From positions 1-46,501 of the IMG/VR virus record IMGVR_UViG_3300005512_000063: a stretch of 46,501 nucleotides of DNA. The stretch is one strand, 5' to 3'. Made by a program: the position numbers and the translations under genes. The notes under the pieces are model-generated. The model was given only the letters and a program-made list of their open reading frames with translations. It searched no databases and had not been told where the DNA came from. Of the stretch, positions 11,201-19,302 are shown piece by piece. Numbering within the stretch: the stretch's first letter is position 1; every line of letters begins with the position of its first letter. Source of the DNA: a virus. Taxonomy: Duplodnaviria > Caudoviricetes.

Positions 11201-11473
11201 CCTTTGGGGTCTAGTTTGTCCCGCGATCTGGTATACAATACCATCGAAGCTTCCGACCCCCAGAGGTATTTCAGTTCTAGCGGCTTAAGCGAAGCGAGTA
11301 GGTCGCCCCTGTTGAAAGAAAATGAGATGCTTTGTGCCAGTCTAAAGGATCCCATGGAATACGGAGCTTGCATCTCGATGTTAAAATGCAAAAGATTTGA
11401 TCCCCCTTACGAAGGGAGGTACTGGTTCGAGTTTTGCCCCAGCACTCTACACGGTGGTAGGTTAAGAAAATGA
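8291..11473 (+). CDS. Large hypothetical protein (probably virion-associated), Cys-rich C-terminus
   Basis: 1060 aa ORF preceded by the GTTGAAAGCT motif at 8250-8259. No family recognised. Confidence 0.75.
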   Translation: MSEISRLVKERAGVIVTKGIDGYQGYLSDRDKLRFYKIAIDLLLSINERIESREITTLSPLRDQLISGVFALGINQELAISLFKSVSKNLYEEVDKSGYRDSRVLREFREYESLLEEVISDVNVLLGDNISEFLSSIDQYSDSETLIDLGDTRSRLLKVNRPVNSKFSRPSRLKKRYSAVFDEGVRRVREFISRSAVDINSITSDSKVDVELPGVVDTDLLTATFAGEGKKLYSSISNLYDFYLRFGSYQGSLASAVTYQSMYYEYIVAMCYGKSLPLGVLNSEFGDFQSLYGKKTTESRISGLKFLEPIFSTRSGNQSTVNGNHVAERFVNGIFDRYVYESEPATDFLSLSLESLYLSCLQVGDYTRSILNNPPEEIGDVTLHLNLLAKVFPRSSDIRERYTGITGSVKELLDSNKLLYGLLGYSPDLSGYGGEFQALSERLDEISSVLRSVGFKPGGYIPSIELTYYEPDREKIRDNLRKMGFNNTEIQDIMSVSNFSELIDKFAPLTDSSDVISFFRAYDLTKLLYEYGGQEAIDRYIDYLYGVDGDKSILRFLDFLKIDRSQASKFTENQYSRLIGYLIPLTYAIDPDQLVYYDSVLKGNNLDLLESITFLFENGVENLIKDKSEISLLSGMVSQMVTMPGDMYDSKKTLWNDLISKSSGNVGRDISGLYERAEGIIPNELYSALNDPSPYSPFGQILNGVRGGRMTSLLRYCSVFGLLYTLSPYRNSGQLVNKSAEDFTLILDLIDQIERLSEVTKLSALIFNRSEENSVADLSPYRNLLNVQNKQFSAFVGLISNSNAQEAAIAESPGIGNSRIPNGLRVANSLSPEEAALLSDLGRSTGSFTSRLGVDTGGSNYVRIASENLLANGLLAGRDSPTGIVNLDTPTSGVFSDYTIKYSVAQSGGSSRSDFDPIESCRRFGGTQCDELGYDTDSMCGKDFNKALFPETGYGDETPAFSPGSVPVDRPLGSSLSRDLVYNTIEASDPQRYFSSSGLSEASRSPLLKENEMLCASLKDPMEYGACISMLKCKRFDPPYEGRYWFEFCPSTLHGGRLRK

Positions 11474-12246
11474 CAAGAACGCTTCTGTCTTACTGTAAGA
11501 CCGAGAACAACACTAGGCTGCTGGAGTTTGGCCAAGGGCCTGAGTACTTCAACGGTACGCGTTGTAATACAATTTACCGCGCTATGATTAAGAAACAGTT
11601 AACCGATTCTGTCGAGATTTCCTTGGAGCAGTATGACAGCGATACAGTGCAGCCTATTAGAGAATTTAAGCTAACAAATCAAGCTCTGGTTACCTGGGAC
11701 GATCACTGGATCAGTAAAAAAAGTAGCCTTGTTGTCGATCCTAAGATCGTGAAGATGAATCTTCAGCGTAATAGTCTTGTTTATGTGAACATAAATACTC
11801 CGAGACTTGAGTTAAAAAATTTAAATCTTGAAGGTAACGTATCCCTCGAGCACTTGTATATTCATGAAGCTCCGGTACTAGAGCGACTTGACATCTCTAA
11901 TTGTAGGAGTCTTAGATACATAACGCTGGGGATTAATAGGGGCATAAAATACCTCAATGCTAATGGCTGTAACATGGACTCTGGTGTCATGGAGCAACTT
12001 TTGCGCGACTTTACCCCCGTTCACTGTGCCAGTGCCAATAACTCAGGCATTGGGGCTTTTAGGAAGCAATACGATACGGAAATTGACCTTAGGGGCAACG
12101 TGATAGACTGGGGAAATCCCCGGGTTGCCAGTAAAATTCGCATGCTTCTGGTTAATAATTGGATCGTCAGGTGGGATAATAACCCTCCACCAGAAGTAAT
12201 CCCCCCACAGCTCTATGCATTTTTCGTTGAAAGCAAGATAGAATAG
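11470..12246 (+). CDS. Leucine-rich-repeat-containing protein
   Basis: 258 aa. LKNLNLEGN, LEHLYI, LERLDISNC, LRYITL and IKYLNANGC fit the LxxLxLxxN/C pattern. Confidence 0.65.
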   Translation: MTRTLLSYCKTENNTRLLEFGQGPEYFNGTRCNTIYRAMIKKQLTDSVEISLEQYDSDTVQPIREFKLTNQALVTWDDHWISKKSSLVVDPKIVKMNLQRNSLVYVNINTPRLELKNLNLEGNVSLEHLYIHEAPVLERLDISNCRSLRYITLGINRGIKYLNANGCNMDSGVMEQLLRDFTPVHCASANNSGIGAFRKQYDTEIDLRGNVIDWGNPRVASKIRMLLVNNWIVRWDNNPPPEVIPPQLYAFFVESKIE

Positions 12247-12262
12247 GGTTTATTATTCCAAC

Positions 12263-13552
12263 GTGGCGGATCTAAGAACTAGATTTATAGAAGATTATGC
12301 AGGCGGGCTATTGAACATTGCCCGTCAAGAGCTGTCTAGTACGGGAGAAGTGCTAGCCCAGGACGGATTTGTCGAAGGAACTTCTCTTTTCGTAGAAGAT
12401 GGCCGAGGAGTCAAGAGCGGATTGAGATTAGGTTCTTCTATAGCCGAGTGCGTGGATCCGACAACTGAGACCGGAATTCTTAATGTCCGAACGGCGGATC
12501 GAACATATGCTCAAATTAGGGATCTCAAGGTATTCGCCACTGCAGTGGCTTCGGCGCAGGGAGCCCTTAGCGAATCGGTCGCGGAATCATTCACCAACCT
12601 CGAGGGGGCGTTTGAGACCTTGGAGGCAGATGTCCAGACCTACCGGACACAAATAACCGAGACGATCGACTCAACCAATCTTGCGGTATCTAATTTTTCC
12701 GGCCGGTTGAGTGTTGTCGAGTCCGGACTATCGTCCGTAAATACCACGCTAACCACCCTATCCGAGCAGGTGTTTGCGGTGGAGACGAGTGGGATCACGG
12801 ATGGTGAGCGGGGAGATATCTCCATCCTCGAAAAGGGTACGGTGTTTGAGATTAACCCGAACACTATTGGTCCGACAGAATTGCTTGACACGACGGTGAC
12901 GGCAGGTGAATATACGAATCCGATCATTACTGTCGACGATCAGGGCCGGATTACTGCGGCCGAGGACAGCGGAGTTGTCGGGGTTACGGATGGGGACAAG
13001 GGCGATGTAACCGTATCGTCATTCGGCACCACATGGGCGTTGAACAATAACGTTGTCGGGCCGGATCAGTTGGAGAATACGACTGTGACGGCGGGCACGT
13101 ACACTAACGCCAGTGTTACCGTCGACGGTCAAGGCCGGATTACCGCCGCCAGTAACGGTGGCGGACTTACAGCGGCACGGACGACATCGGATGGAACGAG
13201 TGCGAGTATTGCGGACGGCGCGGCGGCCAATATCACTATCTCAGGTGCGAAAAGCTACTTGCTGTTAAAGGTTACCACTTCCGTTGCGGCCTGGGTGACC
13301 CTGTACACCGACATCGCTAGCCGTACGGCCGATGCGGGCAGGTTGGAGGGAACCGATCCGGCTCCCGGATCTGGTGTTATCGCTGAAGTAACCACCACCG
13401 CCCTAGCGCTGTCTCAGATTGTTTCTCCGGGGGCCGTAGGCTGGAACAATGAGACCTCGCCCGTGTCGGAGATCTACGCGAAGGTGGTTAATAAGAGTGG
13501 TAGTGCGGCGGCAGTAACCGTTACGGTTATATATATTCCGTTAGAAAGTTGA
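12263..13552 (+). CDS. Tail fibre-like protein with a coiled coil and a tandem internal repeat
   Basis: 429 aa. Two copies of TDG(E/D)(R/K)GD...GP..L..TTVTAG.YTN...TVD.QGRITAA. Late motif at 12226-12234. Confidence 0.7.
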   Translation: MADLRTRFIEDYAGGLLNIARQELSSTGEVLAQDGFVEGTSLFVEDGRGVKSGLRLGSSIAECVDPTTETGILNVRTADRTYAQIRDLKVFATAVASAQGALSESVAESFTNLEGAFETLEADVQTYRTQITETIDSTNLAVSNFSGRLSVVESGLSSVNTTLTTLSEQVFAVETSGITDGERGDISILEKGTVFEINPNTIGPTELLDTTVTAGEYTNPIITVDDQGRITAAEDSGVVGVTDGDKGDVTVSSFGTTWALNNNVVGPDQLENTTVTAGTYTNASVTVDGQGRITAASNGGGLTAARTTSDGTSASIADGAAANITISGAKSYLLLKVTTSVAAWVTLYTDIASRTADAGRLEGTDPAPGSGVIAEVTTTALALSQIVSPGAVGWNNETSPVSEIYAKVVNKSGSAAAVTVTVIYIPLES

Positions 13553-13888
13553 CAGGATGTCGGTTAGCGTCTCTTCGCTAAGCCGGATCACCAGCGCCGG
13601 GCCGACCTTGCGGAGCACGTAGAACAAGATACCTTGCGACCTTTCGATATCATTGGTGAACAGAGATCGGAACGTCTTGTCATGGATGTCTTCACCCCCG
13701 ATCATCTCGTACACAGTATCGGGATCGAATATCCAGGTACAATTACTTCTGTCTCTTGTCGCGATGTAGAGAGCGAAGGGAGTGTGATTGTTGGCTATTG
13801 TTTCGAGACAGTGGATAATACTCTTAGTATCCCCGGAACGCTTTAGTGAGTCGGCTAGGATCTCTTTTTCTTGTTCAGTGTTGAACAC
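13541..13888 (-). CDS. Hypothetical protein
   Basis: 115 aa ORF lying 4 nt downstream of the preceding minus-strand gene. Confidence 0.6.
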   Translation of the reverse strand: MFNTEQEKEILADSLKRSGDTKSIIHCLETIANNHTPFALYIATRDRSNCTWIFDPDTVYEMIGGEDIHDKTFRSLFTNDIERSQGILFYVLRKVGPALVIRLSEETLTDILSTF

Positions 13889-13892
13889 GGCC

Positions 13893-14198
13893 CTACAGCT
13901 TTACAGAGCGTGATTTACCGCTAAGTCCGAGATATTTAGCTATCTCTCTAGTCATCCTATCCGCGAGCTTTTTATCCTCTGCGGACAGAACACTGGGCTT
14001 GCTTTTCTCACCTGAGTCTTCGACAACTGGAACATCCTGTACGGGTTCGGGGTCGGGGACTTGAGTCTCCGGGGTAACGGGCTTCTCGTAATCCTTCATC
14101 ATCTGCAAGCTGTCGGCTACCGCCACCTCTTTGTTGCTGTCGTCTAGCCCACTCTCTCCAAGCTGCGATTTGTTCCTTTGTGAACGAGTTGTTGCCAT
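13893..14198 (-). CDS. Hypothetical protein
   Basis: 101 aa. ATG is about 42 nt downstream of the motif at 14231-14240. Confidence 0.6.
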   Translation of the reverse strand: MATTRSQRNKSQLGESGLDDSNKEVAVADSLQMMKDYEKPVTPETQVPDPEPVQDVPVVEDSGEKSKPSVLSAEDKKLADRMTREIAKYLGLSGKSRSVKL

Positions 14199-14235
14199 GA
14201 TACATCGGATAATGTGTGCTTATCTTACTGAGCTT

Positions 14236-15231
14236 TCAACGTTTTTCGAGCCAACGAGAGATTGTATACGCACGGCACGGGGAACACAGGCGGCAAAGAA
14301 ACGGGAGACTGGCGGTGCGGATACCATGGCTGAGATAGGACGCAAGCGCACTGTGGTCTAGCGGCCCGGATCGAAGTTTGTTCCGGATTCGTCGGATCGT
14401 TGACTTTCTGACCAAGCGGTACCTTGGCCAGTGCCTATACCCGACCCAGTCGATACCGGCCGAACACGTCCCAATATGGCTGCAGGGGTTGAGAAAGAAA
14501 CCGAGTCCGTTAAGACGGCGTTCTATGCCAGATAACGCATCCACCGCTTCATCCCGGCTCTCGAACACTGCGACCATGTCGTCGCAGTACCGGAGGTAGG
14601 TGTCGATGCCCAGATCCCGCCTCGCGTGATGGTCGAGAGGGTTGAGGGCGAGATTGGCTAGAATCTGGCTGGTACTAGCACCGATAGGTATCCCTTTTCC
14701 GGTGTCGTTAACCCTGACGAACAACTCCAAAAGACTAATAGTCTTTTGGCACTTGAACACCCGCCGGACTTCGGCCATCAACGCGTTGTGGTTGATGCTG
14801 TAGAAAAATTTGCTTACATCGGCCTTCAAATAGTACTTGTACCGGCCGGTTGACAAGTAATGCGACAGTTGTTCCGAGCACCTATGGACGCCGCGACCGA
14901 TCAGGCAGGAGTATGTGTGGTGGATGAGTTTGTTCTGGACAGGGATCCGGATCGCATTACACACAGCATGTTGCACAATGCGGTCTTCGAGATGCGGGGC
15001 GTGGATCAAGCGGGCTTTTGTGTCGCGGAGCGTGAATTCGTAATGGGGTTTGGGCTGGTATGTGCCATCACGTAACGACTCAAGAACACGCTCTAAGTTG
15101 GCAACTAGATCGTTTTCGTAACGCAATATTAACCCTCTCTCCGACTTCCCGCGCTTAACTTCCCTCCATGCCGTATACAACGAGTCGAATGTGCAGATTT
15201 GTTCCCAGGTGTGGTTAATTTTTCGGGGCAC
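14236..15231 (-). CDS. DGR reverse transcriptase
   Basis: 331 aa. DRIVQHA, YSCLIGRGVH, LKADVSKFFYSI, GIPIGASTSQILAN (DGR-type GxxxSQ), YLRYCDD and IDWVGY motifs. Confidence 0.95.
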   Translation of the reverse strand: MPRKINHTWEQICTFDSLYTAWREVKRGKSERGLILRYENDLVANLERVLESLRDGTYQPKPHYEFTLRDTKARLIHAPHLEDRIVQHAVCNAIRIPVQNKLIHHTYSCLIGRGVHRCSEQLSHYLSTGRYKYYLKADVSKFFYSINHNALMAEVRRVFKCQKTISLLELFVRVNDTGKGIPIGASTSQILANLALNPLDHHARRDLGIDTYLRYCDDMVAVFESRDEAVDALSGIERRLNGLGFFLNPCSHIGTCSAGIDWVGYRHWPRYRLVRKSTIRRIRNKLRSGPLDHSALASYLSHGIRTASLPFLCRLCSPCRAYTISRWLEKR

Positions 15232-15371
15232 AACAAGACGCTCGCAGTTAGTTCGCTACTAGAATCGTTGTGCCATAGTAATTCGGGAACAAGTTCCCTA
15301 GACTAATCTCCACCTTTGAGCACCACACGGTGTACAGCCGTAACCATACATCTCGGGGGTGGATGTGCTCA

Positions 15372-15490
15372 AATCGGCAAGACCGCCCGCCGACGTTCTG
15401 GTTCGTGTTGCCGGAATCGTTGTTCAGATTCACCGCAAAGGACCCGGCATTAGCGCCGTTGTTCCAGTTACCGCCAACATGCGGGAGCAT
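15372..15490 (-). repeat. DGR template repeat (TR)
   Basis: 119-nt match to 15913-16031. Contains 26 adenines on the coding strand and 10 AAC/AAT codons. Lies between avd and RT. Confidence 0.95.
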
Positions 15491-15496
15491 TGGAGT

Positions 15497-15865
15497 TTAA
15501 CCTACCTCGCTGGCGGAGAGAAACGGGCTAAGCCGTTTTCCCACGCCAGTGAGGATGTTATTGGCTGTTCGGAATTTCTTTAGGTCGATATGCCCGCAAT
15601 CGTAAGATAGTTGTAGGAGGTTTTTGAGTAACTCTTTTTGCACGGAGAACTTTGTAAAATCAGTCTTCTTGTGTACCTTGAGACGGACACACACTGCCAA
15701 TTCTAACATAGAATACCCACAATCTCGCATTTTGGCCGAGAGAATATGTTTTTCGTACCTCGGCATGTTTAAAGTGATTACGTTAAGGTATTTGCACAAC
15801 TCCCTGCACTGCTTTTCGCAGAGAAGATACGGGTCGTCTTTTCGAGAGAGGGTAGTTTCTGACAC
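15497..15865 (-). CDS. avd: DGR accessory variability determinant (Avd-like four-helix bundle)
   Basis: 122 aa, basic, with MPRYEKHILS motif. Positioned between target and TR. Confidence 0.85.
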   Translation of the reverse strand: MSETTLSRKDDPYLLCEKQCRELCKYLNVITLNMPRYEKHILSAKMRDCGYSMLELAVCVRLKVHKKTDFTKFSVQKELLKNLLQLSYDCGHIDLKKFRTANNILTGVGKRLSPFLSASEVG

Positions 15866-15870
15866 GGATT

Positions 15871-15892
15871 TAGAATTGCTATCGCAATTCTA
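15871..15892 (-). promoter_or_regulatory. DGR target-recognition hairpin/cruciform
   Basis: Perfect 9-bp inverted repeat TAGAATTGC/GCAATTCTA. The loop reads GATA on the coding strand (GRNA type). It begins 8 nt after the target stop codon. Confidence 0.85.
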
Positions 15893-15899
15893 GCATAGG

Positions 15900-17405
15900 T
15901 TAGACAGAGAGGAAGCGGCAAGACCGCCCGCCGACGTGCTGGTCCGGGTTGCCGGAAGCGTTGAGCAGAACCACCGCAAAGGACCCGGCAGAAGCGCCGT
16001 CGAACCAGCTACCGCCAACACGCGGGAGCAAATCGGACCTATGGGCTCGGTACAGGCCGTCACCGCCGAAAATATTAGTTGATGTCTGGGTGAGGCTGGT
16101 ACCCGCTTGACGCGGTAAACCAAATTCCGCCATGGCCTTGCGGGTAGCGTTAGCGGACCAGGTCGAGGAGGGGTGATACGTGCCGCCGGCATTGGGCACC
16201 AAGTAGATCCATGCGTTGTCGTTGCCCCACCACACACCATCATCCGATACGTCGGCAGCAAGAGAGATTACATTAGCGGCCCCGGTAATTCCCGCATTGC
16301 TGGATACGGCTGTGTAGTCGTCGAGGTCGCTGAAAGCCTTGTAGCCGGCGTTCGTTCCGGTGTTGTTGGTAAGGCCGGGCGTCACGTCCCACTGGTTGCC
16401 GTCGACATCCACAATCCCGCACAACTGTCCGTTATGAGTCGTTTGCTCGACGGCTGAAAGTGTCCCGATCCGCGCCGCGCCGGTAAACGCTCGGCTGGCT
16501 TCGCCAGCCCAACCACTCGCGTTACCACCGACATCGGTACGAGAGAATACCAGACTCGTCTTATTGACATCAGAACCGTCATTATTATTGCCCTTCGGGG
16601 CATAGGGGGCTTCGTCCATCCAAGCCGCGTTGACTATCGCACCAGAGATTGGGACCCCACTGTTATCTAGCAGGGCCTGAGAATGAGCAAGGGCTAAGTA
16701 CCCCAAATGAATCCTGGTCCACATCGGTACGGGGTACCAATCGCTACCGCGACTCTGACATACTGCCCACACCCCCCCGTAGTTGTTAGACGGTGTAGTA
16801 GCAGAAGAATTAAGAGCGGTGCTGTTGCAGTAACTAAACGGACTCCGGAGGGTGCCGCTAATGCCAATCGCCGACACCGGCCAGTGCAAGGGTCGGGAAG
16901 CAAAGATGCCGCCGGAACTCGGAAGAGTTCCTGGGAGACCATCGCTGCTGTTAGGGCGGCCGGACCCATCGGGCAGACAGTTACTACCCTGATACTTATC
17001 GACAAACACACCGGCCAGTTCGCTACCCCCATTCCTAAACGCTTTCGCCAACACGCCGTTGCCGGATTGCGTGGAGGATATTACGACTTTTGTCAAAAAC
17101 GCATCATTGCCACTGCCCGGTGCTTCTAGGTCGATATAGTGGGAGGGTAAGAAACAAACAATACTAGCCGAAGGCAAGTGTATATAGTTACCATAATTCG
17201 GGCTAAACCTATCCGTTGTACCGGGTAGCTCGGCAATATCGCTGGGCAATAACTCTGGTCGGCAGCATCCGACACCGAAACCGGTAAGCCCGGCCAAGCC
17301 TATAGTATACTTGAACTCGTCGGCGTAGCCGTACCAAGAGTTATCAATGTTCCACAAACCCCTGGGACCTATAATTCTCTCTTTAACTTTTAATAAAATA
17401 CTCAT
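15900..17405 (-). CDS. DGR target protein with a C-terminal CLec/FGE-sulfatase-like (Mtd-like) variable domain; putative receptor-binding protein
   Basis: 501 aa. FVDKYQGS, HNGQLCGIVDVDGNQWD and RVGGSW...AGSFAV...GGRSC motifs. Contains the VR. Confidence 0.88.
   Translation of the reverse strand: MSILLKVKERIIGPRGLWNIDNSWYGYADEFKYTIGLAGLTGFGVGCCRPELLPSDIAELPGTTDRFSPNYGNYIHLPSASIVCFLPSHYIDLEAPGSGNDAFLTKVVISSTQSGNGVLAKAFRNGGSELAGVFVDKYQGSNCLPDGSGRPNSSDGLPGTLPSSGGIFASRPLHWPVSAIGISGTLRSPFSYCNSTALNSSATTPSNNYGGVWAVCQSRGSDWYPVPMWTRIHLGYLALAHSQALLDNSGVPISGAIVNAAWMDEAPYAPKGNNNDGSDVNKTSLVFSRTDVGGNASGWAGEASRAFTGAARIGTLSAVEQTTHNGQLCGIVDVDGNQWDVTPGLTNNTGTNAGYKAFSDLDDYTAVSSNAGITGAANVISLAADVSDDGVWWGNDNAWIYLVPNAGGTYHPSSTWSANATRKAMAEFGLPRQAGTSLTQTSTNIFGGDGLYRAHRSDLLPRVGGSWFDGASAGSFAVVLLNASGNPDQHVGGRSCRFLSV
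15913..16031 (-). repeat. DGR variable repeat (VR)
   Basis: 3' end of the target gene. It has 17 mismatches to TR, all at TR adenines, and an invariant GC-rich tract GTCGGCGGGCGGTCTTGCCG near its 3' end. Confidence 0.95.
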
Positions 17406-17764
17406 TGTCTAAGCTCCCAAGCCTCATTAATATCCGGAGTAGAGGGGTCGTCCGCAATAAACTTACCTTCCTCGTCTCTAGCTCTTACCCAAAAGTGAGG
17501 GAAAAATGTCACGGGATTGGGAAGCTCTTCGTAGCTAATTTCCTCCAGAACCCCGGTGTTCTTCTCTGACCAGCTATTCAATAGCTCAATAGAATCGGAA
17601 TGTGACATCCAATAGTCGTAGCCGGTGTGATTATTGGCATCGGGATCGTTATTTCGTTCCAGACAAATTACCGATATGAGGGGGTTACCAAATTCGTCGG
17701 ATTCCGGTGGCTGGACCGGAAGCCCCTGGTCTTCCGGCAACGCCCTGTAGTAACGTGTATACAT
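17402..17764 (-). CDS. Hypothetical protein
   Basis: 120 aa, with an ATGA overlap with the DGR target. Ends in RARDEEGKFIADDPSTPDINEAW. Late motif at 17788-17797. Confidence 0.7.
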   Translation of the reverse strand: MYTRYYRALPEDQGLPVQPPESDEFGNPLISVICLERNNDPDANNHTGYDYWMSHSDSIELLNSWSEKNTGVLEEISYEELPNPVTFFPHFWVRARDEEGKFIADDPSTPDINEAWELRQ

Positions 17765-17792
17765 AGCTGGGTAAATACTTACTATCTAGCTT

Positions 17793-18080
17793 TCAACAAA
17801 AGCTACCAGATTTAATATCAACCACATTATACTGACCCAGGTCTAAAGGTGCAAGATCTTGTCCTACCCCTGCTACAGGGCCGACACCGAAGGGTACGGT
17901 GCCTGGAACACCGATGCTGTAGCTTCCTTGAAACCTGATCGCCTCTGCTTCGGAAAGAGTTTTCAAGAGGGTCTTTAAACTCTCATAGTTAATCCCAGAA
18001 GTACCCGACAATACCCCGTTATCATTATACTGAAGTTCTCCGCTGTTGCCGGAGACATTAGGTTGAGAATAAAACGACAT
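17793..18080 (-). CDS. Short or truncated paralogue of the DGR target N-terminus
   Basis: YSIGVPGTVPFGVG...YNVVDIKSGSFC aligns with YTIGLAGLTGFGVG...GNYIHLPSASIVC of the target. The stop codon is the TGA inside the GTTGAAAGCT motif. Confidence 0.55.
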   Translation of the reverse strand: MSFYSQPNVSGNSGELQYNDNGVLSGTSGINYESLKTLLKTLSEAEAIRFQGSYSIGVPGTVPFGVGPVAGVGQDLAPLDLGQYNVVDIKSGSFC

Positions 18081-18084
18081 AGAA

Positions 18085-18774
18085 CTAGACGTACTCCGTT
18101 ACCTGAGCCGTACCGTCAACACTGTCCCAAATCCCATAGATGGCATTACCTACAATCAACTGCTGATCTAAGAGCAAGAAGGATTTTGGCTGCATGACGA
18201 TAAAGGCGTTAACACTTGTAGCGGGGTTAGTGAACGAAAGACGTAATACAGAAGTGCTGTCATTGGCGACACTAATCCCACGTCGATTAGAATTAGCAGC
18301 TAGGATAGTAACACTGGCCACGCTGCTGTTAACACTGGTGGTAGTCGGGGAGCTTATTGGTACGGTGGAAGAGACCGGCTGAGTCTCTGACAAATCAGCT
18401 TTTAACTCCAGCTCTGTCAGCAAGGCTGCCAGGGTAGTCTGCGTAGCAGCGTCAGGGGGGAGAGATGGCTCTACAAGTAATCTAGTACTAGAAACAGTCA
18501 GATTATCGGGGATTTTTCCGTCAAGACTAGTAAGTTCAGGGTTATCTATAGTCAGACTACCGCCTGCATCGCTAACCGGTACCGGGTTACCCGAGTCGTT
18601 TTTTATCTCGACTTCATTGTCGATCGTTACTTCGCCATCAAACACAACCGAACCCTGTGCCGGGTCGACAATATTACCGCTACTATCGGCTATCTGAATA
18701 ACCTGAAATGTTTTACCACCAGCTATACTGATGGCTTCATCATTTATCTGACCAGGGTTGTCATAGTAAGCCAT
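18085..18774 (-). CDS. Hypothetical virion-associated protein
   Basis: 229 aa with EVEIKNDSGNPVPVS and ILAANSNRRGISVAN motifs. Variant motif GGTGAAAGCT at 18800-18809. Confidence 0.65.
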   Translation of the reverse strand: MAYYDNPGQINDEAISIAGGKTFQVIQIADSSGNIVDPAQGSVVFDGEVTIDNEVEIKNDSGNPVPVSDAGGSLTIDNPELTSLDGKIPDNLTVSSTRLLVEPSLPPDAATQTTLAALLTELELKADLSETQPVSSTVPISSPTTTSVNSSVASVTILAANSNRRGISVANDSTSVLRLSFTNPATSVNAFIVMQPKSFLLLDQQLIVGNAIYGIWDSVDGTAQVTEYV

Positions 18775-18797
18775 GCTGCACTTAATACTTCTTCTAC

Positions 18798-19139
18798 CTA
18801 GCTTTCACCGCAGCCGGGTATGTCTGATGAATCCGTAGACTCTTCGAGAAGATTGCTGGAGACATCGGACGCAGAGAGATATTCCCCGGTCTCTGCCCAG
18901 CGCTGCCAACCCCACACCTCTTCGTTACAGAGTGTATGAGGCTCCTGGGCTGCTGAATCAGCGACTCGAGCGCGGAGATTTCTTGAAGGCCCAGGATTAA
19001 CCCTGTTGCTGCGCAACAGATATTCGGGTTGCCTAAGCATCTGCCTCGTAAGCGCACTGGCTTGAGTTTCACGAGACCGGTAATCAGCCTCATCTCTCTC
19101 GTCCTCCCAGTGCCGGTACGGATTACTCTGTACAGCCAA
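18798..19139 (-). CDS. Hypothetical protein
   Basis: Likely TTG start at 19139 after GGAGG, 30 nt downstream of the motif at 19161-19169. The track start (19181) lies upstream of the motif. Confidence 0.55.
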   Translation of the reverse strand: MAVQSNPYRHWEDERDEADYRSRETQASALTRQMLRQPEYLLRSNRVNPGPSRNLRARVADSAAQEPHTLCNEEVWGWQRWAETGEYLSASDVSSNLLEESTDSSDIPGCGES

Positions 19140-19160
19140 ATTTACCTCCCCCTCTACCCT

Positions 19161-19197
19161 GCTTTCAACGCAAAATGGCAAAAAACCGTTGAAAGCT
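19161..19197. promoter_or_regulatory. Back-to-back pair of GTTGAAAGC putative late-promoter motifs (representative of about 20 copies)
   Basis: GCTTTCAAC at 19161-19169 and GTTGAAAGCT at 19188-19197 each point to an adjacent divergent gene. Confidence 0.7.
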
Positions 19198-19259
19198 AAT
19201 AGTACACAGGTAGCTATTTGACAGCCTTCTCCCCGTGGGGTGTTAAATTAACACTCATG

Positions 19260-19268
19260 TGCTATAAT
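19260..19268 (+). promoter_or_regulatory. Sigma70-like extended -10 element (representative)
   Basis: TGCTATAAT. Similar TGnTAyAmT elements occur at 8273(-), 29752(-), 41336(+), 41601(+) and 44052(-), mostly ahead of non-structural genes. Confidence 0.55.
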
Positions 19269-19302
19269 CTTAAATACCGGCCATAAGCCTCCACCCTCAA
19301 AT

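Larger units (their letters stand above)
14236..17405 (-). mobile_element. Diversity-generating retroelement (target/VR - hairpin - avd - TR - RT)
   Basis: All canonical components are present in BPP-1-like order, and TR/VR mismatches are adenine-specific. Confidence 0.97.

Noticed and set aside
14236-15231. RT as a group II intron, retron or Abi RT
   Set aside because: Short length, no maturase or endonuclease domain, the GxxxSQ motif and adjacent avd/TR/VR identify it as a DGR RT.
15248-15490. 80-aa ORF MLPHVGGNWNNG... resembling the DGR target C-terminus
   Set aside because: It is the template repeat read in frame. TR functions as RNA, and such ORFs are a common by-product.
19240-19254. 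Palindrome GTGTTAA-A-TTAACAC upstream of the chaperone gene
   Set aside because: A single occurrence with no second copy seen, so there is insufficient support for an operator.
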